A stretch of 64,000 nt of DNA from Octopus vulgaris (GCA_951406725.2 OX597827.1:23684001-23748000); one strand, 5' to 3'; shown: positions 41,862-54,615, numbered from the stretch's first letter. The notes: generated by a model not told the origin, from the letters alone. Numbers and translations: made by a program.

Positions 41862-43330
41862 TTAATAATAATAATAGGCCTGAAATTCAGTGGGAGGGGA
41901 CTAGTCTATTTCATTGACCCCAGTGTTTCACTGGTACTTAATTTATCAACCCCAAAAGAATGAAAGGCAAAGTTGACCTCGGCAGAATTTGAACCCAGAA
42001 TGTAGCGACAGGCGAAATACCCCTAAGCATTTCATCCAGTGTGCTAACAATTCTGCTTGCTCACCGCCTTTCTACCAGTTCAATAATAACAACAATATTT
42101 TGTAAGAAGAATTTTTGTAATGCTTCTTTCTTCTATTTCCAGGTCAGCATTTGGACCATAATCGCCATAAATGGTAACAAAGACGAAATCAGTTTTGTCA
42201 GCAGCAAAAAGTGAACATTTGTAATATGAATTCATCCACAACAACATCAGCATCAAGAAGACGTACTTACAACATGATCAGCCGATTTGTTCCCATTAAA
42301 TCCATTAACAAACATTAAATTCACAGTAACCTCACAAACATTTAAATAACCGTTATCAAGGTCACTCATGTTCTTGTTGCCAACAAACATTAAAGCAATT
42401 ACGAAAGCTAAAAGAATTACAGAAGACTCATATTTGTTGTCATTTTAAAAGCAGGGATGGATCACCAGCAGATATATCTAATTCGGTCATATTTTGGATC
42501 TCAGTTTTCTCCGTTTCCTTCTAAAATATTTTGATGTTCATATAATCAGAGATTAACAAGGATCAATGGAAGCTCCCATGTTCTTTTTTTAAAACTCAAT
42601 TACATTCTGTTCTGTTTTATGGTGCAATTATTTAAAGGAAAGATGTCATTGGTGACCGACATTGTGTGTAGCTATACTTATGGGCGCCAAACATTAACAC
42701 TCCCTTCACAAGGGAAAACAAAATCTATTTCTAACTCCATTTGCTAAAATAATGCAAAAAATGTTTTGATGTTTTTCATATATAAAGAACTAATATATAT
42801 TTATACTCATATATTTGTATAATATATATATACATATTATATACATATATATATATACACATCTTAATTTACGTACATACAGCCATATATATATTTATGT
42901 ATATGTGTATTTGTGTATTATATCATACAGATTCATGTAGTCACATGTATTTTTCCAAAACTTACTGTTTTATAAATTTGTCTCAATCTTTTCCTAAGAC
43001 TGACCAGTTTATGAGTTAAAAAACTAAAATTATAGCAAAGAAAAAAAACGAAATGATTGTTTTATACATTTGATATATTTTAATTTGTATTTTTTTCAAC
43101 AGAGCTGTATATTTGCTGGTTCAAATATATTTTATATACAGTTTGATAGCTCTATATATATATTTTGATATATTCTTTGGCATTTCTTGTACATTTTCAT
43201 TGAAATATCAAGATAAAGTATCATTGCTTCTCAAAAGTGAGTGATTGTATTAAATAACCTTTTATCCTATCTATAGACCCACTCACCCCCGGCATCTATT
43301 TTCTTATTTGTCTATCATTTATCTGACAAA

Positions 43331-43978
43331 ATGACTAGTCCAGCCCCAGAAAACATTCCTGTTGAGCCAAAATCTCCAGCCAGGTCCAGAACTGAGAGTC
43401 TGAACACTTCTTCAAGTGTTGGCAACCTCAGATTCATCAATGATGAACTACGATCGCATGTCACCAAGTTGCGTAACCAACTAGAAGCTGAGAAGGGCAA
43501 CCTGAAGCAAGCCCATCGGCAGAAAGTTCTTGACATTAAGAATGTACGGGAACTGGAACAGAAAAAAACATTGGCAACAATCATAGAACTGAAGAAGAAA
43601 TTCCACGAAGAGAAAATCAAAGAGATAGAGAGTTTACGTGAGACAATTAGTCAGAAACTAGAATTAGAGAAGAACAAATGCCTGAAAGTGAAAGACACAG
43701 AAATGACAAAACTACGACAGGAACTGGACGTGAAGGAGAAGATGCTGAACAAGCTGTTGTCTCAGACCAACCAGAAGACGAATAATGATCAAATTAATGT
43801 AAAACTCTTGGATGAACTTAGCGAATTAAGGAGTACGAAACGACAGCTGGAAGAGTCCCTGTCGCAGGCAACAGTCATTGAGAAGCACCACAGTGAAAAT
43901 CTGAAGAAACTGTGCAGCAGTTATGAATCAGAACTGGTGAGGGTTCGAAGAGAAGCCCACATGGAGATACGCCACATG
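43331..43978 (+). CDS. First coding exon of a long coiled-coil protein, JAKMIP (Janus kinase and microtubule-interacting protein)-like
   Basis: Only long complex ORF in the window (216 codons up to the donor). E/K/L-rich heptad pattern; LRFINDELRSHVTKLRNQLEAEK resembles the JAKMIP N-terminus as recalled. Ends at a strong phase-0 donor ATG|GTAAGT (43979). Candidate upstream acceptors: ttctatttccag at 42142 and ttttttcaacag at 43102. Confidence 0.8.
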
Positions 43979-44320
43979 GTAAGTAAAAATTTCACATGAT
44001 TTATTTCATATCTTTCAATGTTTTTGTCTAAGTTCAAATCATTGGAGCACTACAAAATGTTTTCCATACTGATCATCTCTGGATCTCATCAGTTGACCAT
44101 ATATACATATATATATATAAAATATAAATATAAATGATGATGATGAAATATATATATATATATATTTATATAGTAAAAGCAATTAAGATTCAAGTCAGTT
44201 CTAATGAATTCACTTGAATGCGGTACTTAACTTAGATGCACCAGAAAACTATATGGTATTAACCATACAATAATGTGGGGTGATTATAAACGAGAAAAAA
44301 GCAACAAGAATGGATTAGTT

Positions 44321-44411
44321 TTTTAGTACAATTGTTTCATACAAAGACAAGCTTTATTAAAAGCTGCAAATATTGCAGCAAATACAAGTGTCCCGTACTC
44401 ATCAGCTAAAA
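44321..44411 (-). ncRNA. Type I hammerhead ribozyme, inverted twin of 44626-44716
   Basis: Reverse complement of the + strand copy, no differences seen by eye. Confidence 0.85.
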
Positions 44412-44625
44412 CACATATGAGTTCTCCAAACATCCTAGTGGGTGAGGCTACACTCATGAAGTATCGGAGATAGTTCTATAAAAAGCAAATTTAGGTTGTA
44501 AGCGGACTTCCAAAGTTCTTTAATGATGATGCACAGTCTTATAACAAGTTGCTTTTTATAGAACTATCTCCGATACTTCATGAGTGTAGCCTCACCCACT
44601 AGGATGTTTGGAGAACTCATATGTG

Positions 44626-44716
44626 TTTTAGCTGATGAGTACGGGACACTTGTATTTGCTGCAATATTTGCAGCTTTTAATAAAGCTTGTCTTTGTATGA
44701 AACAATTGTACTAAAA
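44626..44716 (+). ncRNA. Type I hammerhead ribozyme, canonical core, branched stem II
   Basis: UUUUAG-CUGAUGA(44632-38)-GUACGGGACA...UGUCUUUGUAU-GAAAC(44699-703)-AAUU-GUA|CUAAAA. Stem I UUUUAG/CUAAAA; stem III palindrome ACAAUUGU. Confidence 0.85.
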
Positions 44717-45043
44717 AACTAATCCATTCTTGTTGCTTTTTTCTCGTTTATATTTATATATATATAGCTTTATCTGAGCTGTAATTCTCTGGATCATGCA
44801 CCTTTTGACATATTCTTACTCATTTTGTACATATTTTGTATGATGGCTGAGTTTGGTAAATGTTCAGTGAGGTGCCATTCTTTACATTTTCTTCAACCAC
44901 ACAAAATTATACAAGTTTTGTGTAATGTAGCACATGTAATTATTTATTTGTAATGTGGTTCAAAGTGGAGTGCTACTGAAACAATTGTCACCAACATTAA
45001 ACTTACGCTGCACTGATATATTCATTTTCATCTTCATTGTTGT

Positions 45044-45119
<76 letters not shown>

Positions 45120-45120
<1 letters not shown>

Positions 45121-45209
45121 ACCATAAATCCTCGAGTATAGTCTGCCCTTGAGTATAATACACAGGGGATTTTTAGGGGTCTGTACTTCTGAAAAACCTA
45201 AACCTTGTG

Positions 45210-45242
<33 letters not shown>

Positions 45243-45846
45243 TGTGTACAGTGCTCAGGTGCACTACAACTCATCTAAAGTGTATATATAATCAGGTGTA
45301 GTTTCGACGGATTTCGGGAAGCATGAGGGCCTTAAAGGATGCAGTGTCATGGCAGTCAACAACTGATGCAGGCAGTTTATTCCACGCTTCAGCAACCCTG
45401 AGCGTGAAAAAATGTTTCCGAAAGTCACGCACCCCTTCTCTAACTTGAGTCAAGGAGGTCTATATAACGTCCTTGGTTTGTAAAAATGTGTACGGTAACG
45501 TCCTTTATTATTATTGTATATATAACATAATGTAAACGCGTAGCTTTTTTGTGCATTTTGTTTGCAGAAAATAAAGAAATAACAGTAATAACGTTTAATA
45601 AATGTTGCTCACTGCAAGTTATGGATGATTCTTTTATGACTTCATTGCTTCCATGATTAGTTTAAGGTATTTTCGTGCCCGACATCACAAAATGCATCTG
45701 AATAAACATTGCCAGACAGCAAATAGAGACTCAGACATTGCTTAGAAAATATTTTTCATTTTTAACCTCGTATATAGTACGCACTAGGGATTTTGTCCTT
45801 TAAATTTTGGGGGAAAAATGCAGATTATACTCAACTATTTACGGTA
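45120..45846. mobile_element. Tc1/pogo-type MITE with nested CR1 3' end (45213-45428, -)
   Basis: TIR TACCATAAATCCTCGAGTATA / TATACTCAACTATTTACGGTA. Insert translates RKHFFTLRVAEAWNKLPASVV..SFK on the minus strand, followed by an (ATT)n tail. Confidence 0.7.
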
Positions 45847-45850
45847 TATA

Positions 45851-46788
45851 TTGGGTCATCCCATAAATATTGTTTTTTTTTATACTTCTTTTATTTTTCA
45901 AAATTAAGACAAAGTTCTTTTTTAATCTAAAATATTCTCTCCTTCATTTTCTACAATGCTCTTCCATCTATCTGGTAGACTTCCAAGGCCCCTCTTCCAA
46001 AATTTACTTGTCCATGATGAAAAATACTCCTCCAGTACTGTTCTGACCTTATCTACAGAATTCATATTTTTTCCATCAAAATGATTTTGAAAACTGTGGA
46101 ATAAATGAGGCCTTGTGCTTCCAGTAGGAAGGATTTTTATAGAGAACCCATTTCTCATCACCAGTCACTATTCAGTCCAAAAATGGTTCATTCAGCAAAG
46201 AAGAGTATACATTCACTCTGTACACAATTAGACTTGGATAGTTTATGAGGAACCCATTGACCCAATTTGCTGACGACTTTTCTGACGGCACATATGGGTC
46301 AATGAATGGTTAAATGACCAAATCCAAGCTCCTCTGCCAGTTCCTCAACAATTACAATGGGATTTTGTTCCACCAGGGTTTGTAGAACATCCTCATCGAA
46401 CTCTACAGATCTTCCAGGATGAGGTTCTTCTTCTAGGCTGTAGTTTCCGGCTTGAAATTTCTGGAACTACCATTGACACTGGCTTACACTTATTGTCCAA
46501 TCCCCATATACTACATTAATATTCCTCACACTTTCCATTGCGTTGTTGCCTTTATTGAACTCATAAAGCAAAATATGCCGAATATGCTCCTTTGTCACTT
46601 CTATTATAGCTTTGAAAAAATAACAGTTAAAATCAAACTGCACTCTTCAAAACTTGCACTAAGAATAAGTACAAGGTAAAATTACTACCTGCTTTTATAG
46701 CAAGTTGATGCAGGTAGTATATTCAGCCCACATCTGACTTTTAGTTCATGCAATCGAAGAAAACCACATTATTTATGGGATGACCCAA
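45851..46788 (-). mobile_element. Second copy of the same mariner, internally deleted
   Basis: TTGGGTCATCCCATAAATA TIRs. Colinear with 24880-26092 except for a deletion near 46108. Confidence 0.9.
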
Positions 46789-47619
46789 TTTATATAATCT
46801 TTGTCTTCTATCTACCTTCCTATCTCTCTTACTGTACATATGTGTGTGTGTGTGTTTATAAACTTGTTACCAATTCAAATATGCTTCAGGCATATTTGAA
46901 CCCATAGGGAAACCATTCAATGTATTTTGTGATGGAGAAAATTTCTTGCTGTAGACAAATAGATGTTAAATACAGTGAGTCACTTCAGAATGGCCCCTGA
47001 CAAGACTGTGGGATTCATACATTCCAGAGGTTATCTCCTCTTTAGCCACAGAGAGCGGAAAGACAAATGCTGCAAACTGACATGAGAGACTGACTCCTCT
47101 TCTAATATTCCTGTCATCGTTCAATGACTGGCTGCACCATTCAGTGACACACCACAAAAAAGACACAAGGTAGCAGCACTTAGCAATGATGCATTTAGAT
47201 ACAAACTTGTAACAAGTTCAAATACATATTCACACACACATGTTAGTGGTGGAGGTCTGAAGAGTACTCTGTACTGAGGGTTAGAGTATAAATAATCCTT
47301 TATCCTGTAATAGTATGTTCTCATCTCAATATTCTGGGTTCTACTGACATCGTTCCAGTTGTGGAAAGCTTTGACTTGAAGCCAAGATAAAGAAATGATA
47401 AACATAGATATGTTTATCTAGGTTTATTTTTATACACACACACATGCACATGCATACACATTCATCTATATACATAAATACATGTACATACTTATACATA
47501 CACACACACACACACACACACTAATATATGTATGTATTTGCATTAGCTGTGTTTGTTTGATTCCAGAATGTATAGTATAAACCTTAAAATTTCAGCCAAA
47601 ATCTGAAGGTCTTCTGAAG

Positions 47620-47965
47620 TACATTACATACATACTTACATACATACATATATACATACATGCATACATGCATATATACATACACACATACATACACACA
47701 CATACATACATATATACATACATACATGCATACATATATACATACATGCATACATACATAGACACATACATACATACACACTCACATACATACATACATA
47801 CATACATACATACATACACACACACACATACATACATACATACATACATACATACATACATACATACATACATACATACATACATAGACACATACATACA
47901 TACATACTTACATACATGCACACATTCATACATACATACATACATGTACACACAGACACACACAC
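47620..47965. repeat. (TACA)n microsatellite; representative of the very many (TA)n, (CA)n, (ATT)n, (CAT)n, (GATA)n and (CT)n tracts
   Basis: Directly visible. Confidence 0.98.
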
Positions 47966-49231
47966 TTACTTGTTTAAAGTTGATTCATTCCATCACTACT
48001 CCAAATGTGAATGAACGAAAAAACTCTGAATCATCACCACTGAACCAATATATATACTCTGCTACATGTATTGAGTACTTTTTCTTCGTTAGTGCACCCA
48101 AAGTGATACTAAAGCTGATTAATGAAAGCTGTGGTGGTTCTAGAAATGTCTTTGATATGGAGTTAAACAACAACATCATCATCATATCTTCCTCGCTTTC
48201 ACTCTCCTACCCTTGTGTCATAAACCTATAATTCTCCGATGTCATTATTACAGAAAATCACCAGCCGATTGACTGGAATGATTTGTGACATTTCTTCAAA
48301 CACTTTACTTTGAGTTGAAATTCAAGCCAAGGTTGACTTTGTCTTTCATCCTTTCAGGATCACTGAAATAATTACCATTTGAGCACAGGGCTCAATGTAA
48401 TTAGCTAACTTCCTCCCACTCAAGTGTACTGGCCTTGCGCCAGATTTTTAAAAAATTATTGCAAATGTCTCTGTATGTCTGTTTTACCTGTCCTCATCTC
48501 TTCTTTCATCCCCTGCTTTCTCAGGTATTTTGTATTAAGTGTAATTTCTGCTATCATATATGGATACATCACCTGGGTATTATATTATATATACACATAT
48601 CACTTGGCTATTTTCTGTATCATTATGTCTACATGTTATTGTTGTTGTTGTTGGTGGTGGTGGTGGTGATGGTTTTTATGGTGTTTAGACTGTTTAACCC
48701 GGTGATTCTCAACTGTTTTAAAATCCAGGCCACATCTAAAACTTTTTTTAGGGGCCCAGACCCCAAAAAGTAAAACACAAGTCGATTAAAGAAAAATTTA
48801 TTATATTTATAGAGGGAAAATTGTCAAGGGCTGCCAGAAGTATGCTTGAGGGCCACAGTAGAACTGCTGGTTTAGAGTGTGAACAATGACTGAATGTTGA
48901 ACGCATTCACTTTTGAATCAGAACATCCTGGATTTTAACCCTTTTTGTTTCCCGTTGGGGAAGTGTTTTCTACCATAACCTCAGATCCATGTACGACCTT
49001 TGAAAAAAACTGGGTTGGCAGAAGCCGTATGGAAGCTGGTCAGATGAACCATACCTATAAATTAAACAAGCCAGTTACATCACACGGTTTCTTTCTAAGA
49101 ATTACAGTAAGGGTATATGAGTCTGTGGAATACTCAGTCACTTACTAAAATGCAATGAATCATTGCATTTTATGAAATAACTAGAATACTCAATGCTGGA
49201 AGTTCTGTGGCTCCATTTAGAGTTGTTCAAG

Positions 49232-49290
<59 letters not shown>

Positions 49291-49576
49291 TGTGCGTGTG
49301 TGTGTGTGCATGTGTGTTTGAATTGAAACAGTGTCTTATCACCCTTAATGTGAATTTAGATCCCCACTGAAGGTTTCATAATTCTTTATTGCCCACAAGA
49401 GGCTAAACATAGAGGGGACAAACAAGGATAGACAAACAGATTAAGTCGATTATATCGACCCCAGTGTGTCACTGGTACTTAATTTATCGACCCCGAAAGG
49501 ATGAAAGGCAAAGTCGACCTCGGCGGAATTTGAACTCTGAACGTAACGGCAGACGAAATACCGCTAAGCATTTCCC

Positions 49577-49986
49577 GGATCTTTTCGGTTTGAACGGCAG
49601 TTTTTAACATAATTTCTAGGTAACTAAAAAATTTTAAACTTCGTATACTGGTAGAATGTGTTTATAAAACATCTTTTTCTCTTGGCTTTATTGAGAAAAT
49701 TCTATAGTTTGTAAGATATTTGTTGTTTTTTTCTTCAATTTCTGCAATTTCAACCAATCACTGACGCCTATTGAGGTAAACAACATTCTGTGCAGTATGA
49801 ATATCTCCGTCGTTTAAGAAACAGATTTAGTTTATTTACATTTGTGAAGAAAAAAAGTTACCCTTCCCCCCACCCCTAACCCTAAACGAGATTGAAATGC
49901 AATAGATCGATACTAGAGTCATAATTATGGGTATTAATTTCATATGACACTGCTAGAAAAAACTGCCGTTCAAACCGAAAAGATCC
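49577..49986. mobile_element. Same MITE, opposite orientation
   Basis: Same TIR; TSD CATTTCCC on both sides. Confidence 0.9.
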
Positions 49987-50564
49987 CATTTCCCCACTAA
50001 AGGTTTCAGCTTCACCTTTTAATCAAGATTTCAACTTGGTAGGTAGGGAAAAACGCTTGCCCAAGTTCTATAACTCTTCCTGCCCGAATCTTATTGTCTG
50101 TCACTAGTTATCTTCTCTTACTTCACTCACCCGCAATATTCACTAAGAGAAATCGACGACAGATATTTACAAAGAAAGTCGTTAACTACAGTTTCCGTCT
50201 GCCAAATTTCACGCTGTATCGGCCAACCCATGGCTAAAGCACAAAATACTCAATGGACTGCAAAGGAGCGCAACAGCAGCAGCAGCCATTCAAGAATCTC
50301 TACCTGGAGATCTCCATTTCCAGCGACTTCGAGGGCCACCTCCCAGTGGTATCGGACGTCAATGAAGAGCCCTCGACTACAAGACGACTAAAGTTTTTTT
50401 TTTTTTCCAAGGTCTGGGGTCTCCCGCTCCTAAGCCCTAGACCATTACCTAATCACCCTTACCCGTCTTGTTCCTTAACAACAACAACAACAGCAGCAGC
50501 AGCAGTAGTAGTAGTAGTAGCAGCAGCAGTAGTAGTGGTGGTGGTGGTGGTGGTGGCGGCGGCG

Positions 50565-50595
<31 letters not shown>

Positions 50596-52926
50596 TAGTA
50601 GTACGTGTTTTAAAATATACGTTTTCAAGTTTTTGCGTATTAACAACTGAACAGTACAAGGGAGACAATTTGCTAACGACTTTTAAAAAATTGTGTTTCT
50701 CTGGTTGGCATAAAATTATCATTTCCTCCGCCATCATGCAACCCTCGGGCAACACTAGTGATGGACAGGTTTAAGTATTAAGATAACATACATTCATGCA
50801 TAAATACGTACATATATACATACACACGTCTGCATACCCTCACTAGATACATGCTAAAACCATTGAGCATGAAATCTAGATTTAGATGCATCATGTCTCA
50901 CCCAGAAGACTGCATCTTTATTGTGAAGGATCAGAGGATGATTGTTCCTAAATATTTCTTCAATGAAAGAGATAAGGATACCTCTTAGCCTCAAGTTGGT
51001 GATACAAAATAACTCTTGATTGTACCAGTCTGATTGACATTACCAACATCTTCGGCAGCTGTCCAGAAACGCCTTTGCAGTATTCCATTCTTGTGAAACT
51101 TAATATTAATAAATACCTATTTTTTTTCTTTCAATGGCCATACCAAAGTCGTGACAGAACCTAAATATAATCGCATGCTTAAAAATGAGGAATACTGGTT
51201 GGATATTCCTTTCAAAAATCAGCAAAGCTGGTGAAAACACAATATGGCCTCACATTCTGTTGGACGGAAAAAATTGTTTTGAGAGTCATTATCATCCAAA
51301 CAATGTCCAATTTCCTATTAAAACATGCCTGGTCATGTGGAAATATTACCTTACTTTGAAACTGGTGAGGGTTGATGACAGGAGAGGCATCGAGCTAAGA
51401 AACTCTTTCCAACCTTTGCAAGCATGGAATGGAATTGTGGACAGTTGATGGATAATGATGATGATACTTGTATATATGGGGGAAAGCCTCTCCTTTAGAC
51501 ATTATGCATTGAAAATCAGACCATTTTCTAGTTTCATTTTATTTACAAATTTTATTTTCTCCATATTTTTGTATGGGTTCTTTAAGTGTGTTTGGAACTG
51601 TAAAGTTCGGGCAGAGCTAATGCAACTGGGTTAGACATTACTACTGTATTCCCCCAACACACACACACAGCTAAAGACCATCATACCAGGATGAAACCAT
51701 TAATCAATATGAAGACAGCAAACAGGCAGAATCGTTGCACGCCAGACAAAATGCTTAGAGGCATTACATCTAACTTTACGCTACGAGTTCAAATACCACC
51801 AAGGTCGACTTTGCCTTTCATCCTTTCAAAGTTAATAAAATAAATACCAGCTGTGTACTGGGGTCCGTGTAATCCACTAAGCTCGTCCCCCGAAAAGCTG
51901 GCTTTGTGCCAAAACTTGAAACCAGTATGAGATAGTGAATCTGCCCAATATCAAGCATTATAAACTTTTACTCTACAAACGAACTGTTTTGAGTTTGCAC
52001 TCATCAATCCTTTTCATACCAACCTGGCTGAAACCTGCTCTGGCTCCATAGTACAAATGTTTTCTTTTCATAAGTTTTGAATTAAAATCTTCCACCAAAC
52101 CTTGGTCACAGTTTATGTTCCTTACACTAGCTGAATGATAACGAAGTTGTTTTACTAAATTCTTTGTTATATTTAAAATTAATTGAATAAATATGGTAAC
52201 AAAAGGGTTAATGAAATTATCGTTGCTGTTTAAAAGACACTTTCTCAGCACTGTTGATGGCAAATACATACATACGTATGTATGTACGTATGTGTTTGCC
52301 ATCAGTAGTTCTGAGAAAGTATTTTTTAAACAGCAAAAGTAATTTCATTGGATGCAGACGTACATACTCACACACACACACATTTTTTTTTCTTTCTCTG
52401 TTTTCTTCGATCTCTCTCAGTTTTTTTCCTCTCAACCCTTTCTGTTTATGAGCTTTTGCTCAAAACATCAAAGACTTTCCCATTCTTCCTGAGCATTAAA
52501 CTAACACACCTGCTTGTTGTTCTTCCACCTGTCTTCGTCTTTTGTTTTCTGTAAACTTGAACTATATATAACTGTGAGTGTGTGTGTGTGTGTGTGTGTG
52601 TATACATATTCTGTAAATAATAATATTTTATAAGCTTAAAGCTTACAGCGATCACCGCGCAATGACTAAAGAAAATAGTCCAATAATGGGACATATAAGC
52701 CCTCAGCAGAAAAAAGCGGGTTTTCCCATACGTGTGGGACTCGAACTCACACTGCTACTATTTAGGCAACCAAGTGTGCTACACTAGCAAACCAACCTAC
52801 TTATATATATATATATATAATGGGGGTGAGAAATTGAATATTAATTTAATTAACATCAATTTAAAACCAGTAGCCTAGCATAAAGAAAAATCTGAAAATT
52901 CAGAAAAATTGTAATACACATACGCA

Positions 52927-53017
<91 letters not shown>

Positions 53018-53019
53018 AT

Positions 53020-53275
53020 ATGGTAGGAAAATTAGAGAAATTTTTCTACCAGTGGCTAGCATGCATAAAATAATTAATAAACAGCATATTTTTCATATAA
53101 AATCAGTGTACATTTATACACAAAAGAGGTGACCCTAAACAGGACACCTTACATGCTAAAAGGAACAGTCAAAGCCCAAACCACGGTTTAGAGAAATTTC
53201 GAAATTACTTTTAACCGTGATTTGGGTTTTGATTGTTTAGGGTCACCTCTTTTGTGTATAAATGTACACTGATTT

Positions 53276-53281
<6 letters not shown>
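53020..53281. mobile_element. Foldback element with tail
   Basis: Arms 53094-53141 / 53234-53281 and 53168-53190 / 53211-53233. Confidence 0.65.
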
Positions 53282-53307
<26 letters not shown>

Positions 53308-53347
53308 TGTATGTATGTATGTATGTATGTATGTATGTATGTATGTA

Positions 53348-53392
<45 letters not shown>

Positions 53393-53544
53393 TGCTTTTA
53401 CTTGTATCGGAATAAGTCCATCACTTGTCCTGTTGGTGCCTTTTGGCAAACTGCTAAGTTACAGGGATGTAAACAAACCAATAGCAGCAGTTATCAAACG
53501 ATAAGAGGGGACAAACGTCAGACAGACACACACCTACATATTAC

Positions 53545-53628
<84 letters not shown>

Positions 53629-54268
53629 TTCCGGAGTTTCGTCTTCTAGTTTCAGTAACAAAGCTTTGGTTGGCCTTGGGCTTATAATAGAAGACAATCA
53701 AGATGCCAGGAAGTGGGACTGAACCCAAAGCTACTTGGTTGCAAAGTGAGCTTTTTAACCGCATTGTTTCCTGGTTAGATTCCTTGTTTTTCTCGCCACC
53801 CGTCCATTCTTGGTTTGGCTTGCTGCTCTGACCGTTCAACGCTTGAAGAAAGTAGTCAAGGAGTTATCTCCCCTCTTACATTAACACATTTCTCAGTCTT
53901 GCGTCGTATATTAGATAATTGCGTGTGATGGATTATTGTTGTTGTGACTGCGGCGGCGGTGGTGGTAGTGGTGGTGTGGGGGGTAATTCTTGGACTTGTT
54001 GTTTAGCTTACAGGTTAACGCACATCAAGTAAACTCACGATCATGGCATTCCAATCATGACCGTCACATCTTTTCGCAAAGATCACATTATTCAACATGT
54101 GCTTCTTAAAAACAATAACACGTGATCTGAGAGGCAACTATTTCTAGCATGGCTAACAACCACGTAAAGGCTTCCTCATTAGTTGCAATTCTTCATGTTG
54201 TTGTTTTTGTAGTTACCTGAGACAGTTCATTTCGTCATTCCTACTGAACTAGCAAAATGGTGGCATGC

Positions 54269-54490
54269 ATGTAGGGATGACCAACAGTTATACCATCTCC
54301 ACATGTTTGTAGGGACTAACAGCTATACCTGTGCCACATGTTATAGAGACACTAATAGTTATACATATGTGTCACATTAATAGGGACCACTGATAACTTT
54401 ACTTACTCCACATGTTAAAAGGGACAACTAACAGCTATACTTGTGGTACATGTTTGTAGGGACGACGATTGACGGTTACACCTTCTCCAC
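54269..54490. repeat. Degenerate 34-41-bp tandem repeat, about 6 copies
   Basis: ATGT..TAGGGAC..CTAACAGCTATAC....CAC units. Confidence 0.7.
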
Positions 54491-54615
54491 AGCAACATCA
54501 TCATCATCATCGTTTAACGTCCGTTTTCCATGCTGGCATGGGTTGGACGGTAAGATATCGACAATACCTTACCATATTGGGTGAATTATCACCACAATGG
54601 GATGGACCAGCAAAG

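Larger units (their letters stand above)
44165..44752. mobile_element. Foldback Penelope-like pLTR remnant between (TA)n tracts
   Basis: Arms 44285-44488 and 44549-44752. The left arm carries an extra ~120-nt tail, which has a homologue at 63390-63490. Confidence 0.7.

Noticed and set aside
43315-43620. 101-aa minus-strand ORF
   Set aside because: Antisense to the real coiled-coil exon.
52720-52800. tRNA-like sequence with B box
   Set aside because: Too degenerate for a cloverleaf; likely a SINE head remnant.
54269-54490. CRISPR-like array
   Set aside because: Degenerate tandem repeat without repeat-spacer structure.
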